Below, piece after piece: positions 8,915 to 18,309 of a stretch of DNA of 64,000 nucleotides. How positions within the stretch are numbered: the stretch's first letter is position 1; each line of letters opens with the position of its first letter. A model generated the notes under the pieces. The model made no database searches. It saw nothing but the letters and a program-made list of their open reading frames with translations, and was not told the origin of the DNA. A program made the translations under genes and the position numbers. Source of the DNA: a virus (lineage: Duplodnaviria; Heunggongvirae; Uroviricota; Caudoviricetes); IMG/VR virus record IMGVR_UViG_3300049830_000314, one strand, 5' to 3'.

Positions 8915-9307
8915 TTAGTTGCATCTACAACCCTGACAACTTTTCTCTTCGCTTTGCTGATGTTCTTCAGTTGTAAAACTTGAACCACAGCCACAGCTTT
9001 GTTTAGCATTTGGGTTATTTACCTTAAACCCGCCGCCGAGAATGTCATCTGTATACTCGATTGTAGAGCCGCCCAGATACTGGGCTGATTGGGAGTCTAC
9101 CACGAGCGTTATATCTTTATCCTTAATTTCCATATCGCCTTCTTCTTTAGTGTCATCTAAAGCCATGCCATATGTTAATCCAGAACATCCGCCACCAGCT
9201 ACCCAGACGCGCAAAAACGACGCAGTTTGATTTTGCTCTTCCATAAGAGTTTTTAACTGCTTCGCTGCTTCGTCTGTAATGTTAAGCTGAATGGTGTCAA
9301 CGCTCAT
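8915..9307 (-). CDS. iscA: HesB/IscA/ErpA A-type Fe-S cluster carrier
   Basis: LRVWVAGGGCSGLTYGM, GFKVNNPNAKQSCGCGSSF; extra C-terminal CQGCRC. Confidence 0.93.
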   Translation of the reverse strand: MSVDTIQLNITDEAAKQLKTLMEEQNQTASFLRVWVAGGGCSGLTYGMALDDTKEEGDMEIKDKDITLVVDSQSAQYLGGSTIEYTDDILGGGFKVNNPNAKQSCGCGSSFTTEEHQQSEEKSCQGCRCN

Positions 9308-9345
9308 AATATATCCTTTGCGATTACCGCTATTTGATTATACCG

Positions 9346-9376
9346 CAATACTTAGTCAAATCACTGCTTTGAGGAT
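9346..9376 (-). promoter_or_regulatory. Recurrent phage promoter (TCCTCA-N18-GTATTG) for iscA
   Basis: Copy of the window-wide motif; a divergent TTCCTCA copy is on + at 9392-9398. Confidence 0.55.
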
Positions 9377-9449
9377 TTTTCTATTGGAACTTTCCTCAAA
9401 TTGAAATCTCATTGTATATTACAACTTAGATTTAGGATATAATAGAAAG

Positions 9450-10616
9450 ATGCGAGCACCGGGAAAAACAGTAAAGGAGCGCCAAGAACATCAACGTAAA
9501 ATTGAAGAAAAATATGCGTTGACTTTAAGAACGGCGAATGAAAAAAAGGCAAAAAAAGAGCCCAAGCGCCAACCCGTCGATGTTTTGAAAGACAAGGTGA
9601 TAACTGATGTCACGTATGACCATGTTATCCGACCACCTGAGACGTATTTAAATCGTTCGTACAATCAAGATAAACAAATTGTTGGGTTAATTAGACACCT
9701 TTTCGTCAAATACCCTACGCCTAGTTTTCTCTACGAAGTATGCCGTAAAGATTATAAGCCGAAGATGAAGAAATTCCACGCAGATTACATTTTATGGTTT
9801 TTGGCGCTAGCTCAAGGAAAAAGCTTCACCAAACTTGTGAAGCCTTATATGACATCTAAGGAAGCTTATCATTTTCTCTCTGCTCCATATACAGAAGTTC
9901 ATGAAAATGTTTGGTGGGCTAAGTTAAAAACAGCAGATATTCCCGCTGGCGTTGCACACAGACTTATTGAACGAGTGTTTAAAAGCCAATCATTTGATGA
10001 CAAATCTGGAAGACTTGCAGAACTCATTGTGTTCTATGCTCATTACCATCAAGATATGGACAAGGGAACATTGGATGCGGTAAATGATTTTGTTGTCTGG
10101 AAGCTTCATAATGACAATGATTTTCGCTTTAAAGGGCGAACAGCTTCATCCATGATTAAATTGTCTAATGAATGGCACGAGTTGATGCAAAAGGCTAAAC
10201 TCGGTAAATACATTGTTTGGAACGGTTTGGGTATTCCAGACTGGACTCATTATGAAAAGCAAGAAATTTGGACAATGGAAGAGCTTCTTGACAACAAAGA
10301 ACTAGCTAACGAAGGTCGAAAGCAAAAACACTGTGTTTTCTCTTATGTGAATCAATGCGCGGCTGGTACTTGTAACATCTTCTCTCTTCGAGGGTGGTCA
10401 AAGGGTCACTTTGGCAACGATGAGGAGGGGGAACCAATTTATCGCCCTGTTTCTGAATTCTATAGGATTACCGTTGAAGTTAGAAACAGGGAGGTGGTTC
10501 AGGTTAAGGGTGCGCTTAATCGGGCAGCCACTAGTCGCGAACTTGACATGCTCAAAATGTGGGCTGGTGAAAAAGGTTTAACTATTTCACAATACGCTTT
10601 AAGCCGCCGCTGGTAA
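9450..10616 (+). CDS. PcfJ domain-containing protein
   Basis: ELANEGRKQKHCVFSY...IFSLR...TVEVRNREVVQVKGALNR. Confidence 0.8.
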   Translation: MRAPGKTVKERQEHQRKIEEKYALTLRTANEKKAKKEPKRQPVDVLKDKVITDVTYDHVIRPPETYLNRSYNQDKQIVGLIRHLFVKYPTPSFLYEVCRKDYKPKMKKFHADYILWFLALAQGKSFTKLVKPYMTSKEAYHFLSAPYTEVHENVWWAKLKTADIPAGVAHRLIERVFKSQSFDDKSGRLAELIVFYAHYHQDMDKGTLDAVNDFVVWKLHNDNDFRFKGRTASSMIKLSNEWHELMQKAKLGKYIVWNGLGIPDWTHYEKQEIWTMEELLDNKELANEGRKQKHCVFSYVNQCAAGTCNIFSLRGWSKGHFGNDEEGEPIYRPVSEFYRITVEVRNREVVQVKGALNRAATSRELDMLKMWAGEKGLTISQYALSRRW

Positions 10617-10922
10617 GAGCAGGTTGGATAATCGCTCTTGAAACTCACATAGAGTCTCAAAATCCATTGGCATTTGTGGCTTGGCTCCAAGTTTCTCAAG
10701 CAATGGCGTATATGACTCTGTAGGCTCGGCTGGGATATTTGATGGAATCCCAGCCCACCATTCCTCTTCTTCCTTTGCTTCTAGTCCCTTTTTATCCATT
10801 GCTTTGACACTGGAATAAAAGCTTTCGACAAAGGCGTCAGCTTCCATTAGCCGACGACAAGAAACAAGTCTCGCTAGTTCATTGTTGACAAACGAGATTA
10901 GGTTGATTTGCGTGTCGTTCAT
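10599..10922 (-). CDS. Hypothetical protein, last gene of the ABC/OmpA unit
   Basis: ORF track; 4-nt overlap with upstream gene. Confidence 0.65.
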   Translation of the reverse strand: MNDTQINLISFVNNELARLVSCRRLMEADAFVESFYSSVKAMDKKGLEAKEEEEWWAGIPSNIPAEPTESYTPLLEKLGAKPQMPMDFETLCEFQERLSNLLLPAAA

Positions 10923-11662
10923 AGTTTGAATGGGTCTGGAGTAGTCGAGGCAGTTGGTGCCAATTTAGAAGCGCCAGAGTCTGCACTAAAGAATTCGAGA
11001 GCATCATCGAGCTTGTTGCCTTCGCGTTCACACCATTCGGTTATTTTCGCAACACGGTCTTGTGCTGTCTTTAAGGTTGTTTCCTCAAGTGTAATTTTAG
11101 CCCTTGCATCTGCAATAGATTTTTCACGAGCAGTAACAAAAGCGACAAGTTGATTCTTTACACCTTCGTTGTACACAGAGAGCGATTTAATCTTAAGAAG
11201 TGCATCGTTCGCAATACTAGCCGAATTCACTCCTGGTGTCGATTTAGACATAGCGTTTAACATTGTGCCAATCATTGTACGCTTCGCTGGAAGCGGAATG
11301 TCTCCGAGGTCTTCGACCATCTTGAGAAAATCCTCGGCTGTCAATGCTACAGGTGGTAAACCAGCCTCAACATAAATCGGTGAAAAATCAACAATATCGC
11401 CAGTTACGATAGGTGCCGCTGGTGCCTTTGGTATTGTCGTTTCTGGACTCACGGATGCCTGATTGGTGCCAATTTGAATATCAGATGCTGACGCCCCTGG
11501 CATTTGTTGATTCATTTGTGAAAGCGTCACTCCAGAATTGAGTTGCTTCAATAAATCATCTGGAAGTGCCGTTAAAGCTCCGCCTGATTTGGGGTCGAGT
11601 GTTCCGCCAACGTCTTCAAATAAGAGTCCGCCAGCTTTTCTTACAATGTCTTTGAGTGCCAT
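10919..11662 (-). CDS. Helical hypothetical protein of the ABC/OmpA module
   Basis: Low-complexity linker then helical/coiled-coil C-terminus; operon position. Confidence 0.75.
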   Translation of the reverse strand: MALKDIVRKAGGLLFEDVGGTLDPKSGGALTALPDDLLKQLNSGVTLSQMNQQMPGASASDIQIGTNQASVSPETTIPKAPAAPIVTGDIVDFSPIYVEAGLPPVALTAEDFLKMVEDLGDIPLPAKRTMIGTMLNAMSKSTPGVNSASIANDALLKIKSLSVYNEGVKNQLVAFVTAREKSIADARAKITLEETTLKTAQDRVAKITEWCEREGNKLDDALEFFSADSGASKLAPTASTTPDPFKL

Positions 11663-11674
11663 ATTATTTGTTCC

Positions 11675-12610
11675 TTATCGTGATAAAAGTAGTCGTTGTG
11701 TCTCGTCTTCGAACGGAGCAATGTCCTGTAGGAAGTTTGAAACAGTTTCTGATTGGTCAACAAGATTCTCAATGTCAAGCAACACTTGTCCTGGTTGCTT
11801 AGACTTGATTTGCCCATTGATAAGACGAATGGTTTCTTCCATCAATGCCATTTGCTGATTCAAATTCACCAAGCCTTGACCAATCTTTTCAGCTTGTTTT
11901 AGCATCATGTTTTGAATCTCAATTCGCTTTTGTAGCGTGTCGCGATTATTTTGGTTGCCAGTACCAGCAGCAATTCTCATTTCCTCTTCATTCACAAGTT
12001 GTTGAATGGAATTGATTTGGCTTTGGAAGTACAAGCGGATAGATGACATTTTGCTCTCCACCCATCGTACAGTTTCGTCGCTAAAATTATTTGCTGCATC
12101 CTGACCTTGAGCCAAACGACTGCGCAATTCGTCATTCTCTTTTGTCTTTGGTTTTAACAACCCAGGAAGCTCTTGTTCAGCTTGCGCTGATAGAGTTGTA
12201 ATATATTGTCGCAAACGGTAATCTTGCAATCCGAATTCAAGATACTTGCTCAAGAGCGTATCGAGTCTGTCAATAACATCGCGCCAATCTGGACGCGCTG
12301 TGTAATCGTCGTCTAGCTGAGAGCGCACAGCTTCAAGCTCACGGTAATGAGAAGCAAACTCACTATCTGTCGTTTGAAAAACTTTTTGCTTTAGTGCCTC
12401 TCTATTATCTGTGGTTTCTTTTTTCCTTTGTATGTCAAGCCGAGAAGCATAAAGCGCTGAATCTGGCACAAAAAGCATATAGACAGCTTCGAGAGCAGCC
12501 CCTAGAATAAATGGAATGGGATTCAAGAGCATAATCGACAAAGCTGCAAAAGCAGATATGCCGATTAAATTGGCTGGTTCATTAAAGGCTTGAGAATAAT
12601 TGCTTTTCAT
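11675..12610 (-). CDS. Membrane-anchored coiled-coil protein
   Basis: N-terminal hydrophobic hairpin LIGISAF...VYMLFVP, then long heptad helices. Confidence 0.8.
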   Translation of the reverse strand: MKSNYSQAFNEPANLIGISAFAALSIMLLNPIPFILGAALEAVYMLFVPDSALYASRLDIQRKKETTDNREALKQKVFQTTDSEFASHYRELEAVRSQLDDDYTARPDWRDVIDRLDTLLSKYLEFGLQDYRLRQYITTLSAQAEQELPGLLKPKTKENDELRSRLAQGQDAANNFSDETVRWVESKMSSIRLYFQSQINSIQQLVNEEEMRIAAGTGNQNNRDTLQKRIEIQNMMLKQAEKIGQGLVNLNQQMALMEETIRLINGQIKSKQPGQVLLDIENLVDQSETVSNFLQDIAPFEDETQRLLLSR

Positions 12611-12616
12611 ATACTA

Positions 12617-13567
12617 TCACACAGATACCCTTACTTGACCACCACCGTCTTGGTTTTTGAGGATTTTTAAGAGTTCGTGTGAGAAATCAACAAAATCTTT
12701 TTGTCCAGTTACATCTTCGGTGCGCGGACGACCAAACGGTACAATAATGTCTTTCACCACCGAAGTTGGTCGTGGACTCATGACAAGGATTCGGTCAGCT
12801 AGGATGACAGCCTCGGTGATATCGTGAGTGATGAAGACAATCGTGTTCTTCTCTTCACTCCAGATGTTTAACACCAGTTGTTGCATTTCTTCACGGATGT
12901 TGGCATCCAAAGCGCCGAATGGTTCATCCATTAAAATTAGTTTTGGCTTCATGGCAAGCGCACGAGCAATAGCTACTCGTTGCTTCATGCCGCCAGAAAG
13001 CTCCTTAGGGTATGCATAAGCTCTATCGGCTAGTCCCACCTTTTCAAGATAGTGCATTGCAAGCGCCTCACGCTCTTTCTTAGCCATTCCCTGAATCTCT
13101 AAGCCTAAAGTTACATTAGCTAGTACATCGCGCCAATCAAAGCATGTATAAGCCTGTTGAACAGTTACCGCATATGGATTATCGCCATTACCAACTGTCT
13201 GTCCAAACGTCTTCACTGTTCCTGTATTTGGTTGAGTTTGACCAGCAAGCATATTCAAGAGAGTTGACTTACCGCAACCAGATGGGCCGAGGATGGCAAT
13301 AAATTCACCATTTGGACTATCTTCAACTACCAGGCTAACATCATTCACAACTTCTACTCGCGCATTTTTATCCTGCGGTGTTGGTACGTCGTACCACTTA
13401 CTAACGTGTGAAAGCTCAATGACTGGAGGCGAAACTGCTTGTGCTGTCGCAACACCCATCGTAGCTGTTGCAGTACCAATAGGTGCGACGGGTGTTTGAA
13501 TCGCGATTGGACTCTGTGCGTCTTGTAAAATTTCTTCTAATGTTTTGTTTTGTGCCATGTTTACCAC
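12617..13567 (-). CDS. ABC transporter ATP-binding protein, SsuB/TauB/NrtD family
   Basis: GPSGCGKST, LSGGMKQRVAIARAL, ILMDEPFGALD, FITHD. Confidence 0.95.
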   Translation of the reverse strand: MVNMAQNKTLEEILQDAQSPIAIQTPVAPIGTATATMGVATAQAVSPPVIELSHVSKWYDVPTPQDKNARVEVVNDVSLVVEDSPNGEFIAILGPSGCGKSTLLNMLAGQTQPNTGTVKTFGQTVGNGDNPYAVTVQQAYTCFDWRDVLANVTLGLEIQGMAKKEREALAMHYLEKVGLADRAYAYPKELSGGMKQRVAIARALAMKPKLILMDEPFGALDANIREEMQQLVLNIWSEEKNTIVFITHDITEAVILADRILVMSPRPTSVVKDIIVPFGRPRTEDVTGQKDFVDFSHELLKILKNQDGGGQVRVSV

Positions 13568-14331
13568 GAGAAATAGCGTTTTGCAATCTGATTCATAACG
13601 AAGTCGAACGAGACGGAAATCAAGACAATCAAGATAAGTGCGCCATACACCATACCCGATTCCTGAGTTCTACTGCCAATCTGCAATAGATATCCCAATC
13701 CGATTTGTTCTTGGCTTGAGTTAATGAACTCCGCGAGAACAATATAAGTCCACATAATGCCGCTACAGATTGTGACTGCTTCCCAAATCTGTGGCATGGC
13801 TCCAGGAATTAAAACTTTAGTGATGACTTGAATGTTATTAGCACCCATGTCTGTGACTACTTTTACATATTCTTCGCGAACATTTTGAACAGCGTTCTTT
13901 ACCAAAAGAATCAAGTAAAAGATAGCGCCAAGAAAGAGGAAAATGACTTTGGCTTTTTCTTCAATCGAGAACCAAAGAACAATGAGTCCAATCAAAGCTG
14001 GTGGTGGAATCGCCTTACCAGCATTGACAATCTTTCTTAGAAAAGCGTCTACAGGTGCGAAAGCGCCCATCAGAATACCGATAGGGACTCCCACAACAAT
14101 GACAAGGAAAAGTGATTTAATAACTCGCCATGTACTGGAAATGATTGCTTTATCAAGCCAGCCTTTATGGGCGAAACTCATTATCCCTTCCCAAACTCCA
14201 GAAGGAGAGGGAAGGAACAATGGCTTGATGAAACCGCCGTAGGTGAGTACACACCATAGTCCGATGAATGTGGCTAGTCCAGCCAGACCCAAGATAAGGT
14301 CTTTTCGTGGTGATAGTTGTCCGCGTACCAT
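13561..14331 (-). CDS. ABC transporter permease, SsuC/TauC family
   Basis: FLPSPSGVW, multiple TM helices, EAA-like EEYVKVVTDMGAN...VLIPGAMP. Confidence 0.93.
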   Translation of the reverse strand: MVRGQLSPRKDLILGLAGLATFIGLWCVLTYGGFIKPLFLPSPSGVWEGIMSFAHKGWLDKAIISSTWRVIKSLFLVIVVGVPIGILMGAFAPVDAFLRKIVNAGKAIPPPALIGLIVLWFSIEEKAKVIFLFLGAIFYLILLVKNAVQNVREEYVKVVTDMGANNIQVITKVLIPGAMPQIWEAVTICSGIMWTYIVLAEFINSSQEQIGLGYLLQIGSRTQESGMVYGALILIVLISVSFDFVMNQIAKRYFSW

Positions 14332-14342
14332 GGTGTGTTCCT

Positions 14343-15944
14343 TTACTTAGCGATTACCTTAATGTCGGTGCGTCGATTTCGCGCTCTGCCCTCGGAGGTT
14401 CCGTTCGATGCGACAGGATGATTAGGGCCGTTTCCGACAGGAATCAGACGACCTGAGTCAAATCCCTTAGAAGCAAGGTAGTTGACAACTGCCTGGGCTC
14501 TTCGTTGGCTTAAGCCTACGTTGGAGTCAGTGTTGCCCTGTGAGTCAGTATTGCCTTCAACTCGCAAGAATGCGTTGGATGCAATCTCAGCGATGCCGAC
14601 AACGTTCTTGTCAAGAGAAGCCTTTGCGCCACTAGTTAGCTCAGCGCTATTCGTTGCAAAGGTGATGGTGATTTGCTTTGTGAACGCAGGTGATGCATTC
14701 TTAGCGACTTCACGTTGCTTTGCGGGGAATTTGAACTCTTCTTTTGGAGCAGCTTTTTGGTCTTCTGGCGTAAGTGTTGCATAATAGGTCTGCAATACAC
14801 CAGCATCCTTTGACTCTGATGCAGAAATTCGACTGTCAAGAACTCCTCGCGAAGCATACATTTCTGTGGCATCGTTGAAAATCTTGTCATATAGCGGTGC
14901 GTTACCGTTCAAACCGAACGTCTTAGTGTTATCACTCATATCCGTGATTTTAACTTGCGCGAAGGTATCAAGCGTCTTGTTTCGACCAAGTTGCTTGAAC
15001 TGTGGCATATTAGCCATCATCAAGTCAACTGCACCCTGGGTGTTTCGGTTAACCTCTCTGGCACCGGAGAACCAAGATTTCGCAAAAGAGCCAATAACAT
15101 CAGGGTGTTGCTGAACGAATTCAGAACGAGCCATAAATACGTCACCGACTGCATTTGAAATAGTAGACGTTGACAAAATAACATGTGCGCCTCGGTCAGA
15201 TGCGCTTTGAAGCACAGCACTGATGTTGGGTTCCCATGTTACGATTGCGTCAACTTTACCAGCGGCAAAAGCGGCAATAACTTGGTCAGGTGTATCGTTA
15301 CCAACCATTCGAGAAAGAATAGCCTTCTGCTCAGTCTCGTCAAGGCTGGAATTTCGCAATCCGTATTGGAGTAAAAACTCCGATGGACTTTGAGTGATAA
15401 GAGCGACTGTCTTACCTTTAAGGTCTTCGATACTATTAATGCCTCGGGCAGCTACGATAGCGTCTCCGCCTCGACTCCAGTCAACTTGCATAAATACCTT
15501 AGTGGGCGCTCCACCTTTCTTCAAGCCACCAAGTTGGGTAGCAGCAGAGTCGATTGTTGACCAAATAACGTCAATATCTCCGCTTGCATAAGCTTTAGTC
15601 ATTGCGATAGGGTCATCCATAACAACGTACTCAACCAAAAGATTTTGGTCTTTCCAGTTCATGGAGTTTTTGTTGGCAGCCAAACCGTTGTTTGACACCA
15701 AACCAGGTGAAAAACCAGGCCATTGGTTGATAGCTACCCTAAGAGGTCGCCCCAATTTACCCTGGTCGCTTCCGAGAGCGATGGTGCTAACACCACCTGC
15801 TGCCTTGCCTGTAATCTTTTCGACAAGTGTTCCTTCGTGACCGCGACTTCTCCACAAGTTGAAGCCGCCGCCGAGTATTGCCACAGCAAAAATAAGGAAA
15901 ATTATCTTGGCTGCGGGTTTCATGCGTCGTGTAGTAGGTTGCAT
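14343..15944 (-). CDS. NMT1/SsuA-type substrate-binding protein fused to an OmpA-like peptidoglycan-binding domain
   Basis: N-terminal TM; DWSRGGDAIV, IEDLKGKTV; C-terminal ITFATNSAEL, VEGNTDSQG, LSQRRAQAV, GRARNRRTDI. Confidence 0.9.
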   Translation of the reverse strand: MQPTTRRMKPAAKIIFLIFAVAILGGGFNLWRSRGHEGTLVEKITGKAAGGVSTIALGSDQGKLGRPLRVAINQWPGFSPGLVSNNGLAANKNSMNWKDQNLLVEYVVMDDPIAMTKAYASGDIDVIWSTIDSAATQLGGLKKGGAPTKVFMQVDWSRGGDAIVAARGINSIEDLKGKTVALITQSPSEFLLQYGLRNSSLDETEQKAILSRMVGNDTPDQVIAAFAAGKVDAIVTWEPNISAVLQSASDRGAHVILSTSTISNAVGDVFMARSEFVQQHPDVIGSFAKSWFSGAREVNRNTQGAVDLMMANMPQFKQLGRNKTLDTFAQVKITDMSDNTKTFGLNGNAPLYDKIFNDATEMYASRGVLDSRISASESKDAGVLQTYYATLTPEDQKAAPKEEFKFPAKQREVAKNASPAFTKQITITFATNSAELTSGAKASLDKNVVGIAEIASNAFLRVEGNTDSQGNTDSNVGLSQRRAQAVVNYLASKGFDSGRLIPVGNGPNHPVASNGTSEGRARNRRTDIKVIAK

Positions 15945-15989
15945 AGATTTTTTGTTATCTCCGTACCCAATTGAGTTGGGACATGTTTA

Positions 15990-16020
15990 TGTATCATTGA
16001 TTGAAAATCGTTTTGAGGAA
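15990..16020 (-). promoter_or_regulatory. Recurrent promoter (TTCCTCA-N18-GATACA) for the ABC/OmpA unit
   Basis: Motif copy in the intergenic gap. Confidence 0.6.
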
Positions 16021-16024
16021 AATC

Positions 16025-17284
16025 CTATTTCCTGAAAATTTTGGCGAATAAACCTTGCTTTTGCTTATGCGGACACACCAATGTATAACTTGCTTGATTG
16101 GGTTGACACGAAGCTCGAACATAGTCAATAACTGCATTGCTGGTTACATTTCGAATTGGCGCTATATGCATATCAATTGAGCGCTTTTCGCCAAATTTAA
16201 TTTCATCGTTTGCCGTTTGACCCATAATCGACATCGGTGTTTCGCGAGATAATTTAATTTGACCAATCATAGTGTTTTTAGCCATTTCCAACTCCTCTTG
16301 ATGTAAACCATTAGCGGATATGTCTTTCATTTCAGATATGACAATATTTTGCACTTCGTCCCAGTGTTTTGGATTAATACCACCGTAAGCAATAAATAAT
16401 CCGCCAACCTTGCTGTGACCAGTATAACTGCCAACCGAGTATGCTAAACCGCGTTTTTCTCTAATCTCCTGAAATAGACGACTATACATTTCGCCACCAA
16501 ATGCAGTATTAAGAACATATGAAGCAAAACGAGCGTCGTCAGAGGAACTAGGCGCATCCCAACCAATGCAAAAATATGATTGTTCTGTGTCCCAATGCAA
16601 TATCTCAGATTCTATTGTTGAAACCAGCGTCAGTGGTTGATTTTGCACACTTATGTCACTGGATAAATTTTCAAAATACTTTTCGACTTCTTTTAGCGCT
16701 TCTTTGGGGTCAAAATTACCCGCGATAGAAATGATGGTGTTGGGGGCGGTATATTTCAGCTTAACATGATTGTGTAAATCAATAGCGGTGAGGGCTTGCA
16801 CGGATTCTTTGCTTCCCAAAACTTCTCTGCCATAAGGAGAAGTTTTCCAGCGTTTGCTAACAAATAAACTGTGTGAATAACTCGAAGGGTCATCTAATTC
16901 TCGTGCAATCTCTTCTTGAACTACACCTTTTTCGAGTTCTAGCTCAACAGGGTCAAAAACAGAATTCTGATACATGTCGGCAAGTATTTCTAGTGCAGTT
17001 GAAAATTCATCATCCACAGTATGAATAAGATAACATGTTCTTTCTTTATCTGTATAGGCGTTTAGTGACCCGCCCCTACCTTCAATCGCAGATGCTATGT
17101 CTTTAGCAGAACGAGTTTTCGTTCCCTTGAACAACATGTGTTCGACAAGGTGTGAAATACCAGATTCTTTTTCTGTTTCATTTGCGCTACCCGTTTTGGC
17201 ATAAACACCAATTGCAATCGAGCGCACATGTGGAAGAGGGCTCAACAATACAGTGAGCCCATTTTTAAGGATATGTTTTTGCAT
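16025..17284 (-). CDS. M16 family zinc peptidase (pitrilysin/MPP-like)
   Basis: SHLVEHMLFKGT (HxxEH), LNAYTDKE, SRLFQEIREKRGLAY. Confidence 0.93.
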   Translation of the reverse strand: MQKHILKNGLTVLLSPLPHVRSIAIGVYAKTGSANETEKESGISHLVEHMLFKGTKTRSAKDIASAIEGRGGSLNAYTDKERTCYLIHTVDDEFSTALEILADMYQNSVFDPVELELEKGVVQEEIARELDDPSSYSHSLFVSKRWKTSPYGREVLGSKESVQALTAIDLHNHVKLKYTAPNTIISIAGNFDPKEALKEVEKYFENLSSDISVQNQPLTLVSTIESEILHWDTEQSYFCIGWDAPSSSDDARFASYVLNTAFGGEMYSRLFQEIREKRGLAYSVGSYTGHSKVGGLFIAYGGINPKHWDEVQNIVISEMKDISANGLHQEELEMAKNTMIGQIKLSRETPMSIMGQTANDEIKFGEKRSIDMHIAPIRNVTSNAVIDYVRASCQPNQASYTLVCPHKQKQGLFAKIFRK

Positions 17285-17289
17285 TCTGT

Positions 17290-17877
17290 TTATCTTACCT
17301 CAAGACGTTTATAATCATATCGGTCTTCTGTTGGTAAAACACATTCTTTTACAATTCTCGCCAAGTTATAGGAATCGTCAGGTGCTTGGTGATGTCGCCC
17401 CTCGAATGACATACCCATCAATCGCAATGACATATCTAATCCCATTCTCAACGGCAATCCAAGAATGATAGAAGCCATATCCTGAGCATTAGTGTAAGAT
17501 TCCGAAAAAGGAAAATGTTCAACCTCAAGCTCATCGCATTCCTTTTGTAATCCGACCGCATCATAGCCCCACGTCATCCACGGACGTGCCTTTGTCCCAT
17601 GCTTGTTGATAAGCGTCTTGCACACATGAGCCAATGGTGGAGCAGAATTTACCTGCTTATATGTGATACCAGTTAGCTCAGTGCAATACTCACTTACTCG
17701 CGAACGAGTAGGCTTGACATACATCCATTCTGGTTTCGTGATTTCGAGACTTGGCAACATCAACCAGCACCATCCAATTTGGATAATATCTGATTGTTCG
17801 CCGGGGGGGAACGCATTATCTTCATAGCAAGTGTGTTCGGTGTCCAGACACAGGACTTTTGTAATATCTCTAATCAT
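17290..17877 (-). CDS. DEDDh 3'-5' exonuclease (ERI-1/KapD-like)
   Basis: CLDTEHTC, IIQIG, HHQAPDDSYN. Confidence 0.85.
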   Translation of the reverse strand: MIRDITKVLCLDTEHTCYEDNAFPPGEQSDIIQIGWCWLMLPSLEITKPEWMYVKPTRSRVSEYCTELTGITYKQVNSAPPLAHVCKTLINKHGTKARPWMTWGYDAVGLQKECDELEVEHFPFSESYTNAQDMASIILGLPLRMGLDMSLRLMGMSFEGRHHQAPDDSYNLARIVKECVLPTEDRYDYKRLEVR

Positions 17878-17892
17878 GCCTGGATACCGCCA

Positions 17893-18297
17893 CTATTGGG
17901 CGTTTTGAGGAATATCAGCTTCTAAAGCTCTTAGCCTTCTGGCTGCACTTGCCATTTGTTGATGCAATGCCTGAACTTCTAGATAGCTACTAATTTGCTT
18001 CTGTTGTTGCTTACCTTTTCTAATTTTTTGAACAGCACTGGCTACTCTTGCCCCTTCATCTAATACAGTTTCAGTCGTATCAAGTTGAATTAAAGCTAGA
18101 TTTGGCTTTGGCAAATCATTGTCATAGCAAATTCTAGAAACAGTTGTAATCGCGCCACGGGCAGGCCCGGGCTTGGGATACACTTTGATGTCTTGAACAT
18201 CATTTGTCCAAATCTTTTGCATTTCATGCTTGTTTTGCGGGACGCGACACAGATATTGCCCAGTGTCCAGGTTTTTTATGGTATAAAAAGTCAACAC
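17893..18297 (-). CDS. Hypothetical protein
   Basis: ORF track; TTG start behind GATATACT. Confidence 0.6.
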   Translation of the reverse strand: MLTFYTIKNLDTGQYLCRVPQNKHEMQKIWTNDVQDIKVYPKPGPARGAITTVSRICYDNDLPKPNLALIQLDTTETVLDEGARVASAVQKIRKGKQQQKQISSYLEVQALHQQMASAARRLRALEADIPQNAQ

Positions 18298-18309
18298 AAC
18301 GTCAGTATA

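Noticed and set aside
8695-9009. 104-aa minus ORF overlapping iscA
   Set aside because: Out-of-frame overlap with conserved IscA; the remainder looks like the sigma leader and terminator.
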